A stretch of 64,000 nt of DNA from Tubulanus polymorphus (GCF_964204645.1 NC_134027.1:11626485-11690484), one strand, 5' to 3'; positions 1-12,879 are shown, counted from the stretch's first letter. The notes: generated by a model not told the origin, from the sequence alone. Numbers and translations: made by a program.

Positions 1-389
1 AATCAGAAGAAATTACCTCGATAATACGATCAGTTCATGATAATTCAGACTTGATTTTCAACGATCTAATTATTTGCGAAAGGTTAGATTTTTCGTTTCT
101 CCCATCGTTTGAATTCAAATCAATACGATCTTTACTTTTTATTTCTTCAGTACTTTCAAGATTTCATCCAGAAAATACTTGAATCAAAAAAAATTTAATT
201 TTCATTTTTCTGTTTCCATTTTAAAATGTTTTTTACTTTTTCTGTTTCCCTGTTCCCATCCACTTTAAAATTTCCGTGGAAGTAAAAAAAAATTTCATTC
301 TATATTTTTCCTAAAAAAAACCTGTATTCCAAAGACCAGTAGTTATACAAAGCCCTAAAACGTGTACACAGTATCCAGCAAGCACGTAC

Positions 390-3300
390 TTCGCCTTCAA
401 CATCTGCTGAAGCATCCGCGGATTCGGTTCGCCTTCGAGCTGTATCTCTCTAAGCACGCGACTCGACTTGTACGCGACGTTGATCAACATCGACAACACC
501 TCTTTCATCACCAGTATAACCGGACCGGGCCCGACGCACTTCGGCAGCTCGGCGATACGACCTTTGCTGAGGAACGGTCCCGAAAAGCAACGATGGTTGA
601 AATAGATTTTCGGACACCAAGCTCCGGTTTCACCTGAAAACGACACGGATCGGTTTACGGGTTGTAGTTGCGATGAACACCGCACGGAAACCGGTAACGA
701 AATACGTACCACTATCGCCGTCCTTCATGATGTTAAAAGCCGTGTTTCTGAAGTCTTCTGGAGTGCAATGGTCACCTAATGAGCGCCTACAATGTAGGAT
801 ACATTCTTCTAATTGAATACTTCAAATGAGTTTTTATTACATTATTACATCGATGTTCGCGATACCTATCATGATTTCTGGATTAAAGATCGAAAGGGAA
901 AGGACAACTAATATGTTAAAACGCTCGCAACCTCTTAAGTCATGTACTATAAGGTTCAAATTTGTCAATTAACTTCTTGACACAAACGCCAACCTCTATG
1001 GGAAGACAGAGGTCTAGAGAATCCCACATTGATCGGCCCCTCACTATTTCACCATCGCACCGATTAGAGAGGGTCATGAAGTGGTTTTTGAGATATGGTT
1101 CAAGGTCATTTTTATAACCAACCACACCTTATTTTAATAATAATTTTGCATTCTTTAATTACGTCAAAAATAACACTTTGAATTACTGATTCATTCAATA
1201 AGAAAGTATGACCTCATTCTATTGTTATTTTATGTTACTAACGATGAATTTCTAGTTTAGATTAAACAAAGATGCTTTATAATTAATTATATGACTTGTT
1301 TATGTCTTCTGAAAAATATCGTGATGGAACAATGGCCACCGTGGCATTCTGAGACCCACTTATAAATATGACTTGAAGAGATTTTACGTACTCTGGTTGA
1401 ACGACAGCAATCTTCCGCCTGCGGAATCCTGCTTTTTTAGGTGGCCTCAACGGGTAGCCATTGCTTTCACACCAGCCGACTGGGAATATATCGTGCGAAT
1501 CGACGTCGACTATGTGCGTCGAGATCAGCTTCGACGAATTATCCAAGTGAATCCACATCAGTTGTCCGACGATTTTCGTAATCGTCGCCGCGCAAATCTG
1601 ATACGGCTGAGCCGGGTTGACGCTTTCTAATTTCATACCGCGTTTAAACTCGTGTTCGGTAATCTCCTACAAAAACACCCAAAAAAAGTCTCGGTCTTAG
1701 TTTTTTCGATCGACGTTAGAAAAATGGCAGAACGGGCGTAACTAATTTACCAAATTGAAGGCATCCTTCGGTGCTATATCCGCCTTACAATTCTGAATGT
1801 ATTCGTTCCAGTCGAAGTCCGAGTCCGGGCATCCTAAATCGAGTGAAACACGAAACACTTACTAAATAAATAACACATCCAGGGTGGAAGCTATTGGCTG
1901 TTTGTGCTGGCTCTTCTAACTTGTAATTGGATAACGAAAAATTCCACAATCATTAAAAGTGTATTCATTGAAATCGAATCCCATCTTTATAGAAACAGTA
2001 AACATTCATTACTATCTCTTCATAGAAACAGTAAACATTCATTCGGTTTCTTCATAGAAACAGTAAACATTCATTCTGTTTCTTCATAGAAACAGTAAAA
2101 ATTCATTCTGTTTCTTCATAGAAACAGTAAACATTCATTGTTTCTTCATAGAAACAGTGAACATTCATTACTGTTTCTTCGTTGAAACAGTAAACATTCC
2201 TGCTTTTTTTCATAGAAACAGTGAACATTCATTTCTGTTTCTCCCACCATGGGGTAAGATAAATCTTGAAACTGTCAGAAAAATATAATTTACAGGGGCG
2301 GATCTAGAGCTCAATTTTGGGGGGGGGCACCTAATAAATGTAGCTATGATGATACTGTATTGACACAAAGCGGCGTAGGCGCGAGACGTTCCTACGCTTT
2401 GCGCCTGCGGCGCGAAGCCCCTGCGGTGGTCTGGGGGTCCTTCTCACAGAAAATTTTTGAAATTTAACTTTGTTTTGGGGCCATTTCCTGCATTCTGAGG
2501 CAAGAATTCATGACGAATACTTTCCCCTTATTAAACTCTATGATAGCGTGGCGTTTATATTAAGCGAGTGGCGGGAGGTCGGTCGAAAAAAAACGATCTT
2601 CAAGTATTTTCTTCACGGGCCCCCTCCCTAGATCCGCGCCTGCTTTAAAGGTCAATGGAAGTACCCAATGGGCCTAAGGGATTTGACGCATTACAGCAAG
2701 ATTTGATGAGCTATTTAAATTCTGGATACAAAGAACAAAATGGTCATTACAAACAGTTTTTCCGATTCCCCAAGTTCATTGGAACAACAGGCCTGGATCC
2801 ACGGGGACGCTTTGGGTGCTAGAGTTCAAACATTTCTAAGTACATGTACTAGGATACGAGATGATCAAGCAGCACCAAAAAGCGCTCAGAATAAATGAAA
2901 ATTGGACTCATTTTTCACCATTTTCTTGGGGATGACTGGTTAAGACATCCCCACTTTGAAAATCCTGGATCCGCCCTTGAAAAAGGTTTACGAACCTTTA
3001 GGTGGCGTTATACGAATGCCTTTTTGATAGGCCCAGTTGACGGGGAATATGATCGGCGAATTCGCATGGCAGCAGATCCGTAACGGTTTGATGTCAGGTG
3101 TTAAATCGTCGATTTCGATTATGAAATAGATGTCGTTGATCACTTCCTTCACGGTGCCGGGGCAGATCTGATTGCGATTGATCGGGTGAATCACTTCGAG
3201 CTTCACCCCCGCCTTGAATTTATGGGGCTCCAGTTCATCCTGGTCCTGAACATAGAAGACATATATAATTATCATCGAGCGTGATTCAAATCAAGATTGT

Positions 3301-6300
3301 CGATGTAGCATTCAAAACTCGTAGAAGAACAAAATACAACAATAACCCGCTTAAAATACCGATCAGTACCGACCGATGAAATCTACCTAGAAATCCAAAT
3401 CGAGCATCGTTTTCTATAATTGGGCCTATTGGTAAGAACAGACTGTAATCAAGTGTGACATGTTGACTGTAATAATTTCAAGATGGGTAAGAATCAGCAT
3501 AAAACCAATTCATATTATCCTTGGATACCCCTTACCGCATTCCTGCGGTCACTATAGCTGAAGTACCTACAGCATACTGCTTTAGCCGCTTATACCTAAT
3601 GCACTGCGTAGAGGGGCGTATCCAGGGGGGTTTCAAGGGTTCTAGAATACTGTCAAGCTTTGTCTGTGCCCCTAGAGAGCCCTCGTTTGGCATGATTTGG
3701 CATAGTAAGTGCCCCTGAAAACCACAAGTTTGATGTAAAGTGCCCTTTTTTGCCGTAATTTGACATAGAAAGAGCCCTCCCCCATAGTAGTGAGTGTCCT
3801 TATACAATTCAGAATCCTCTCGAGATAGGGCCCTGGATCCGCCCCTGGCATGCATACGTAATTATGAAATATTGATTCAGTGCAGGAGTTCTCCATGAGT
3901 GTCATTGTACAAGAGCCCCAGAGGGTGCGACAACCAATTTTTGTCATTTTTTCGCTTTTCATGAAAAGATTACGATTCATTGGACTTAGAAACTTCAAAG
4001 GCCAAATGCATCATACAGTGGAACCTCGTTATAACGAACTCGGATATAACGATTCATCGGATCAATAGAATTTAGTCCTCAGTAAGACAATTTGCTTAAT
4101 TTCATACTGGATATAACGAACTATCGGTTATAACAAACAGATTTTGTTTGTCCCCTGAAGTTCGTTGTAACGAGGTTCCGCTGTATTTCTACCCACTTAG
4201 ACTAAACTCTACCATTTCCGTACTGTCAGGTCACAGAGGTCCAGTACTCAAAGAGGTTTACGCCCTTTTGGTTTCATATCACAACACTATTGATTGTCAA
4301 GCCATTTCGCTAACCTTGAACACGTCCAGTGGTGGCTTGAGATTTTCTGATTCTTTCAGTCCGTTCTGTAATATCTTCGCCCATTCATTGTAATTATCGT
4401 GATCAGCCTGGATTTCTGTGAATACGAAAAAAGAACCCGTAATTGATCCTTCAGATGAATTGTGTTGGTTAACCCTTTCAGTGCAGGCTAATTAATACCC
4501 TATAGTGCTGAAGATAATTTGAAAATTCTGAAAAATTCCACCCTAGTGTGTTGACTAACGGAAATAGCACTATAGTGTGTCTAAACCCTGGCGCGGTATC
4601 TCGTTAGTTACTAATATTTCACTATGTTTGACAGGTGCTGCCATCTTTCAAGAGAGATAATTAGTAATTACTAATTAAACCAATACACCGCAATGCGGTG
4701 TACAGTGTACTAGCAAAATCCAGCACTGATTCGTACACCGCACCGCCGTGTAGACACACTGAAAGGGTTAAATTTTAACTACAACTTCAAATGGGCAAAA
4801 AAGCTTAATCCGGATCAGATTGATTAACATTTCGATGTAATCTGGACAATATTTACAGTCAACCCAAATATGTAAATGTTTGATGATGATATATATGTAT
4901 GTATGTACGACGAGTAACTTGTAAATCCTTTTCAACCGTACTCAGACATGTACCACAAAAACCAACCGAGCTAGGCCACCGGATGTCCTCTCAAGCAAAC
5001 TTGAAATAGACATAAGTCGGAAACGTACGTACCGTCCGGACGTCTGTAAATGCAATTGTTTTCCTGCGACCACCCGATCGGATGAAGCCTCGGGTTCAAG
5101 TAGAACATCCAGAAATCGTGCGCTGCCGAATTGCTGCCTTCGTAGCGCAACAGCAAACGGCCGCCGACGTTCTCGAGAATTTTCACGATCCACACGCACT
5201 GCGGTACGAGCGCGTGTTGACATTCTAAACACATACCCTGTTTGATTTGATCGACGGGAGTCGTACCGGTTTTCTACAATTCGATATCGAACAAATCATC
5301 AATGAAATTCATACATTGTCTAATACTACATTCATCCCTGTGATCTACAAGATATCTCGTGCGTAGTTGACGTTCCAAATTGATTGATAAGCATCGACGA
5401 GCTTATGTGTACAATGTGACCACAGGGTGCCCACAGATCAGTCATTCCTGGATATAAGGAGTTTTCAATGAGTTTCATGGAGAAAATTTCATATTACCAG
5501 GAAGTGAGACAAGAAGATACACAATATCCGTGTAAGATGATAACGAGAGAAATCCCACAATAAATTCTGCCAAAACGAGAAACTGAAAAGAAGAGTACAT
5601 ATACTTGCGCAACGTTTCGGCCAAAGACTATTAGCCATCATCCGGCGTACTGACGTACATCATCAGTACGCCTGATGATGGCTAATAGTCTTTAGTCCGA
5701 AACGTTGTGCAAATATATATATATATATATACTCTTCTATTCAGTTTCTCGTTTTGGCTGAATTTATTGCAGGATTTCTCTCGTTTCCAGGAAGTGTTCG
5801 CATCACTTTCATATCCCAATTACTGTAGACTCCTCCCAAATCGGTACCTCCTACACTGCCCCTGGATCCGTCCCTGTCCCTTGGCACTGTAGGTGAATTT
5901 ACTCAGCGAATCGCTGTCATGCAATGCAAATATCTTAGCCGGAGAAATTGTGTCGCAAGCTTCAGGTGGCAGAACTGGGTGTATATATACGAGATATCTT
6001 GAAGTTGGCAGACGGGAGACGTTCGAATACGTTACACGTCAAATTATCGAAATCGATTGAAACTTACGCCATCCAGCAAATAGGAAGGGGCTGTTCGCGC
6101 ACCGGTCAATGTGTTCACTAAAAATTCCTTCCAATTATCGTACTTATGCTTGATATCTGAAAAACAACAGAAGACATCGGTTAATTCGACGATATGTTTG
6201 TACGATTTACATCATAATTTGAATAAGCATTGGAAATTAAATTGATACAGGGCTGCCAACCACTACGGAAAGCGCTATCAGTAACAAATTGAATTTTTTT

Positions 6301-9300
6301 CATTGAAATATGAAAGAAAATGTTCAAATCAATCAGTAATCAACAGTAAGATCCTCAGAAACATCTTTCATATGTCTGTATGCATGAAAAAAATCATATC
6401 AGTATTTCTCGTAGTTGGCAGCGGACGTGTTAAAATGTTAAACCACCAAAAATATTAATAGTCATTTAATCGAAACGAAGAAATATAAATCATTCTGATT
6501 TTGAGATAATTGATATTCTCTTTCTAGAGTAATTGAGGTTTCAAATGTCAAGCAGTAGCAACGGCAGACAGGTTCTGTTGTAAAATTCTATGTCCTCGTC
6601 TCACCTTCAGGAGGTTGCAAGCGTTTACTGTTCACCGCGCACCACCCAATCGGATGTATGTCGGCCGACTGGACGTCGCACCAAAAATCCGCGCTGCTCT
6701 CGTCGCCGTAGCCTTCGTAGCGCAACCGCAACAACGGTCCGCACGTCATCACCACCGACGCGACCCAGTACGTGTTCGGGCACGACTTGTTCAACACCTC
6801 CAATTTCATACCTTTCACGAAACCGCTCTGGAGACTACACTCCACCTGAATTACGCGAAGAAAAGTCAGCAGACGCCACGATTAGAGGCGTTACAATATA
6901 TAGAGTGTGTTAAGATATCAGTACCAACAAACGAGGCCTTCTCATGAGATGAATGGATTACTTTCATGCTAATTAGTTCAATTTAGTCAGCACAGACGAA
7001 TAAACGATTGCTTTTTTTTACTGAGATATGGAATCTCCCTTGTTCAGTCAAACCTTGGAGTAATCATTTCAAATGATTACTCCAAGGTCAAACAGAGCTG
7101 CCAATCTCTGAAAAATGCTATCAGTAACATAATGAATTTGTTTCAGCAACATTTCATTGAAATATGGGAGAAAATGTTCATATTAATTAGTAATCAATGG
7201 TAAAATCCTCAGTAACATCTTTCGCATTTCAACGCGCATCGAATGAATCAAATCAGTATTTCATGTCATAGAATAGTAACAAATACTGTAAATCAAGAAT
7301 AATTGGAAGCCTCGGTCAAATCAAGCCGTTAAACCCAGAGCACATATTAAAAATGTGTTACTATGGTAACAAATACGGAAGCTTCTTCAAAATTCATGTG
7401 TGAATATCATGATTAGTTTAAAATCCTTTAAAATAGGTTATGGTGAATAAATTTGCCAAGGCCGCATAAATTTCCCATCTCATATTAAGGCTGGCTTATG
7501 TCGACAAGCAACACAACGCCTACCAACTCCTACCGACGTACTGAGAGCAACCGCGATCGCAGCCCAGCTTATGTCGATTGCACTCCGATTTGCATTAACC
7601 GAGTAGCAGAATATGAGATCCTCCCAGTTGCTTCCCTGCTTTTATTGGTTGCGATTACTAGCAACTGCAACGGCTCCAATGGTCAGGTGATAAGCATTTT
7701 GAGAATAAATTTGAATTATTAGGAAATATACTTCTATTAGAAAAGCTATTTCTTTAAGACTTTGATCTTTCTGATTCTGTTTCGAATACAACGTGCTAGC
7801 TACATCATATAAGATCTAGAAGCAAAATTGGTAGAATTATGGTGTGAGCGGCCATCTTTATATGATGTCGCTGGCTCATTGCATTCAAAACAGAATCAGA
7901 AAGATAAAGATCTTAAAGAAATAGCTTTTCTTATAGAAATATATTTCCCATTTATTCAAAATAAATCAAATTTATTCTCAAAATCCTTATCACGTGACCA
8001 TCTGAGCCGTTGCAGTTGCCAGTAATCGTAACCGACATAAGCAGGAAAGCAACTGGGAGGATCTCGTATCCCGATAGTCAGCCTCAGTTGCTGCAAATCG
8101 GAGCGCGGTCGTCAAAGCTGGACTGCGATCGCGGTTGCTCTCAGTTGCGTCGGTAGGCGTCGGTAGGCGTCGTGTTGCTCGTCGACATAAGCCAGCCTTT
8201 AAATTGCCACTAAGGAAAATTTTAGCAGATTTTCTTAAAAATCGATAATATATTCAATCCACCAACGCAGATTATGCCAATTACGGACGAATGAAACGAG
8301 AAATTACTAAATCATAGCTACCATAAATCTTATCGTCTCACCGAAAAATTACCGAAGACTTACATGTTTGAAAGATGTCGGAGGAGCGGCGACTGCTCCG
8401 GTCTCCTCCAGGTATTCTTCCCATACGAAATCCGGTTCGTCGTATTCTATAGGGACACCGTCTTCATCTGTAAATGAGGACACCGATGACTACATTTTAG
8501 ACAAATCTTTAAAAATTCATCCCGATTCGACGTTCATGAAAGAATTTTCAAGCATAAAATCATAGGAAATATTGAAATATGAAGTAACCGAAAGAAACTC
8601 AACCGAAACGAACCTCTTTCAAGGAAAAAGACTGAGGTGAATCTCGGTAAAGTTTTGGTTTCGGCTCTTAGGGAAAAAATTTCCGAATAACCGTTGATAA
8701 AACGCTATATCCGTGTTGCGACGATCATACCGTAAACCTCGCCATACTCGGATACGGCCAAGCCGGACTTCTGACTAACTCAGAAAAAAATGAAACCACT
8801 TTTCTGACTTCCTAACATTTTTCTGACTTTCCTATCCTTAACTCGGAAATCGGTAACCTCAGACCTATTTTGCCGCTCCCAGTTTGTCAGAGTTAGGTTA
8901 ACCGTATTATATATCAAGAACCCCACAGTATTAACGAAAATAATATAAAGTATGAAAATTTTTCGTTGAGATTTATTCTACATTTATCCTAATTATTAGG
9001 ATAAACGTAGCTAATTATTAGGATAATCGTAGAATGAATTACTTGCTCAATTCTATATTAAATATAGAATTTCCGGCCCGGGTTTTATAAACAGGTATTA
9101 TCTTCAGCCCTGGAGTTAACTCAAATGAATATGCATTAAATAAGCCCCCACATTAAAGTGAATACCAGTCTATAAAACCGGGATTGAAGATTACTATTAG
9201 GACAAAGTCGAAACGCTGAATAAACTACTAGCTCGAGGAAACATTTTCGGTTTTAATACTCTTTTTCGTCGTTTTGGTGGGTTTAAATAAAATTTTCTTA

Positions 9301-11651
9301 TGTAATTTTAACCCTTGAGTCAATTTTTTGCCACAACCCTATAGAACACGGTTCTGGGATCAACTCATTAATTTGGATGTCAAGTTGAATTAACACAAAG
9401 GGACAAATTTCACTGAGCTAATCAGGGTCCATTTCAACTGCAGATTTCAGGTGTCATAATAGCACCTAATCAGTAATCTTCGTTCACGAAATTGGATACC
9501 TTAAACATAATCCAGAGTAACTTAAACGCAGATTTGAGTAAAACATGTCAATTTCAGAGGCCAGTTTTAAAAGAGATCTGTGTTATAACGCATTGAAGGT
9601 GCACCAATTTTTCTCATAAACCGTGGAACTGGATCCAGGGACATGTTTCACAAGAAAGATTAACCCCTCAACTAATTTCTAAAACAAGCTGAATTTCTTA
9701 CAAAATCAAACCAATTTAAGTTTCTGAACAAGAAAATACAGGGATCCAGTTCCACAGTGAGTTAGAGTGAAAAATGGTTCATTTCAATGAGTCAACTCTC
9801 GAGTCAACTCTTAACTCATAACAGTGGAACTGTCTTTTAATGGTGATATCCGAAATGTCTTGTACATTGCCAGAATCATTGTAATTTCCAGCAACCCAAC
9901 AAAAAACTATAGTTCCCACGGGACAACTAGGATAGGCCTACTGCCAAAATCAAGCACCGACTCTTGATTGGTTACTTTGCGCATAAAATTCAAGAAAGGA
10001 TCATCTAGAATAATTAGTGAAAATTGAGATTTGAACCCACCAGTGCTGGTGCATTGTTCTACCAGGTGTGACTAGGGGCCTAATGGCTCGAAAAAAATTC
10101 TTAGTATTTATAGCCCTCAACCTAAGCAATTCTTAACCCTAATACCTTACTTAGAATCTAACTATATTTAGGGACACCATGCCCACTTGATGAAATTGCT
10201 TGACAATCCAACAGGGTGACAAACAAAATATCAAGTTTTTGTATTTGCTTTCAAAGACATCTTTTTCGACTGAAGAATCTTCAAAACTTTCCGAAATAAC
10301 TGGATTCCGTCTACGGATGAACGGATGGAAGACAGCTGAATAGCCCACTGAGGCTCTACCATATAAGGGAGCTGAAAATTCCGAGAACCTCCCTAAATAC
10401 AGGCTCGTGTATGCTCTGTCTGATAACAAACTTACCATCAATTTCTTGTTTCGCGAGGTCCATAACATCGGTCGATATTTCCGGATGCGGGTCGCTTTTA
10501 TTCTCCTGACTAGACAGCAATGACAATCCGGGCATCATCTCGTCGATCGGCTCGCGATGTTTAGCCGCCGAATTCGATACGTCCATCGCTAAAACGCTGC
10601 TGCCCGGTACGTGCATCAAACCGGGCATCGACCGCGGGATACCGCGTATCGTCGGCGTCTGCAGCGACGACGGGATGCCGGCCATGTTTTTACCGTCCAA
10701 CGACGTCGGCGAGGAGAACGGCAGGGCGTTACTCGTTACGAGCGGAAACGCTCGCGCCACGGCGGTACCGCCGATATTATGCGCGTGCGGAGGCGTTATA
10801 CCGGGCGATCGGTTGCGCGCTCCATTTGCGCCGGCCGCTGCAGACGACGACGATCGCTGGTGGTTCAGCGACACTTTCGGAACGTTGATGATTGGAAGTC
10901 TGGCACGCGCCACCGTCGCGTTCGCTTGTTGTTGTTGCCCGCACGTAACGTTCGGAACTTTCAACGGCTGAATCGGCGAGGTCGCCGCCGCCAGCACCTG
11001 TGCGCCCTGCTGCGTGTTCTGCAATATCACAGTGCCCGGCTGAAACTGTCCCGGCTGAGCGGGAATGAATTGAAAGCGCGGTTGCTGGTGCGCGCCGCCA
11101 CCACCGGCCACCGGACTTTGTTGCGGAATCGCTGTCAAGAACGTCGGGAACTGTCCGGTAATAACTTGCGTCGGAAAGCCGCTGTTTCCGCAACTAGTTT
11201 GGTGTATTCCCGACAACTGGTTAAATGCTTGCATTTGACTAGCGGTCTGCATAGTTTTCATGGGTACTTGACCGTGCGCGGTTGGTATTTGTAGATTGAC
11301 GCCGGCCATCGCGAACGGCGACGTCGTCGTCATGCGATGACTGACGAGGTTTTGAATGGGTACTCCTTGTTGTTGAACGGCGCTCGAAACCGGGAACGGT
11401 TGGCTAGCCGAAATCGGACTGGGATTCGCGCGCGGCGAGTTAGCCGATGAACCTCCCGCCGTGCTATTCGTAACGAGGCCGCTCGACGATAGGCTGATGT
11501 TGATACCGTGTTTCAGCGCCGATTGCGAGGAGGCTGGCGGCAACGGTGGCGGCACGGCGGGCAAAATAGGTCGAGTAAAGTCCGTTGCGATAAACTCCGG
11601 GTTTGAGCTACTGCCCTGAGCGCTTGAGGGTAGCCCTTTCTTTTTATCCAT
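390..11651 (-). CDS. SFMBT1: Scm-like with four MBT domains protein (SFMBT1/2 family), multi-exon, 3' part continues beyond window start
   Basis: Phase-consistent coding exons on -: 11651-10436, 8467-8364 ([22 protein letters not shown]), 6845-6605 ([33 protein letters not shown]), 6156-6068, 5273-5033, 4415-4315, 3245-2996, 1833-1751, 1666-1392, 786-710, 633-390 (SLED-type [25 protein letters not shown]). Four MBT repeats followed by SLED is the SFMBT architecture. Probable non-coding first exon ends at 12818 (donor GTAAG); exon 2 acceptor gives an exon start at 11684. Confidence 0.93.
1989..2242. repeat. Minisatellite, about 8 x 31-32 bp, unit ~CATAGAAACAGTAAACATTCATTCTGTTTCTT
   Basis: Tandem units read directly; each contains the inverted repeat AGAAACAG...CTGTTTCT. 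Confidence 0.9.
2293..2642. mobile_element. Non-autonomous DNA element with CAGGGGCGGATC-type TIRs (hAT-like); relatives at ~2789-2979, ~3610-3848, ~19706-19965, ~45361-45655, ~55260-55814
   Basis: CAGGGGCGGATCTAG...CTAGATCCGCGCCTG terminal inverted repeats; the same terminal motif recurs across the window. TSDs are not clearly preserved, so the superfamily is tentative. Confidence 0.6.
4016..4183. mobile_element. Tc1/mariner-type MITE (related inverted copy ~60270-60446)
   Basis: TA|CAGTGGAACCTCGTTATAACGAA...TTCGTTGTAACGAGGTTCCGCTG|TA: TIRs and TA target duplication. Confidence 0.8.
4469..4771. mobile_element. piggyBac-type MITE, copy 1 (SFMBT intron)
   Basis: TTAA|CCCTTTCAGTG...CACTGAAAGGG|TTAA; internal TACACCGCAnTGCGGTGTA palindromes; five homologous copies in the window. 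Confidence 0.88.
5507..5786. mobile_element. Fold-back Penelope-like element remnant with two inverted minimal hammerhead motifs
   Basis: Palindrome 5542-5785; CTGATGA (5672-5678)...GAAACGTT on + and a mirror CGGATGA...GAAACGTT on -; 35-nt unpaired tail 5507-5541; 10-bp direct repeat CCAGGAAGTG at 5497-5506 and 5787-5796. Confidence 0.7.
5666..5711 (+). ncRNA. Minimal type I hammerhead ribozyme-like motif
   Basis: CGC-CUGAUGA-helix II (GGCUAA..UUAGUC)-GAAA-CG-UU-GUG: conserved core, very short helix I, palindromic AACGUU helix III. Activity unknown. Confidence 0.55.
6248..6423. mobile_element. hAT-like MITE (CAGGGCTGCCAAC termini); second copy ~7093-7312
   Basis: CAGGGCTGCCAACCACTACG...CGTAGTTGGCAGC; a homologous sequence (CAGAGCTGCCAATC...ATGCTATCAGTAAC) sits in the next intron. 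Confidence 0.6.
7488..8198. mobile_element. PIF/Harbinger-type MITE, almost fully palindromic (711 bp)
   Basis: TTA|AGGCTGGCTTATGTCGAC...GTCGACATAAGCCAGCCT|TTA; a shorter copy with the same TIRs and TTA TSD lies at 39856-40144. Confidence 0.85.
10024..10082 (-). repeat. Possible degenerate tRNA-derived SINE head
   Basis: The - strand reads TAGTCACACCTGGTAGAAC (A-box-like)...GGGTTCAAATCTC (B-box-like); no complete cloverleaf. Confidence 0.3.
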
Positions 11652-12879
11652 TCTATCTATTCATGTCACTTTACGGAAAAACACCTGAAAAACAATCAGA
11701 AATGATCAATGCTGATCTTGAAATTTCAGTGCAAAGAATATGACAGTTGACATAAACTGTATAATTAGCCTGATTCAATTAGCCTAATTAAACAGCTCAA
11801 TAGCAGCCTGATTAGGGATGATGCTAGGGTCTTTTTCCGTGAAAATTTTCATGCATCACAAATTATGGTTAGATTCTCAAAATCTTTTGCCCCATTGCCC
11901 AAAATATTTGTCCTTTTGAATGAAAAAAAATTTGAGTCATTTCATGCCTAATTTCAAATAGCAACTAAAATACAAAATTTTAGTTTCAACTTTTTTATTT
12001 AACTGCGCCCAGAGTTAGAACTACACAACTGTGTAACTACATCCTGCTAGCGATGGGTTTAAACCCCAATTTTAGCCCTAATTATTTGAAAGGCTAGTTG
12101 AAATCTTCCTCTAATCTGTGCCAAATGGTCAAATAGGTGAAAGATGCATTAAGAAAAGCAAAATTCATAGCCCTTATCTAACGGCCTTTTCATTTTTATA
12201 ATACCTACATCAATTAAAATTCATGTCATTGAAAATTAACTAACAAATTTGAGTTAGGTCTACCGGTAATCATGTTCAAGTAGGCAACCAAAGCCCCTTT
12301 TTGACAGAAAAATATCTTTTTCCACAAGGCCAGGCCTAATTTGGATCATAGAAAAAAGTTAAACTACAATTCAAGATAAACTCAATTAATGAAGAAATCA
12401 GATGGATTAAACTTTTTTGTGAAATTGGACTCTACCCAAAAATTGGACCCTATTGTGAAATTGATTTAGGTATGCACAAAAAGTGCTCATTTTTCAGATT
12501 TTGTTGTTGCTGACATTATTAACTGTCAAAGTAAATGGGGCAAATTTTCATGTTTTTACATAAGTCTCACATAAAGTGGTCCAGTATATGCAAAAAGTAA
12601 AGAACACTTTCGATCATTCATGAAGTTGTTGATTCATATTTTCTACGTATCCGCATTTACATAAATCTCAACTCAACTATCGAAAAGCCTACGCAATGTA
12701 AAACTACTAAATTTTCAACACAAAATTCACCTACAAAACAAAAAAGCAAAACCGAAAAAAATATACCACGGCGTCGACAAGGTCCAGTTCTAACAAGCGA
12801 CATAAAGCAAATCTTACCGACTATTTTTGTTTCGTTGATAATTTGCGGTATTTTTGCGCTGAAATATTCTCAAAATTCT

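Noticed and set aside
1989-2242. CRISPR-like array of ~31-bp palindromic repeats
   Set aside because: Units are contiguous with no unique spacers, there are no cas genes, and the context is a eukaryotic intron.
10611-11294. Overlapping ORFs (10611-11294, 10675-10971, 10777-11193) and similar ones at 40390-41312
   Set aside because: Shadow frames of GC-rich real exons with no recognisable domains.
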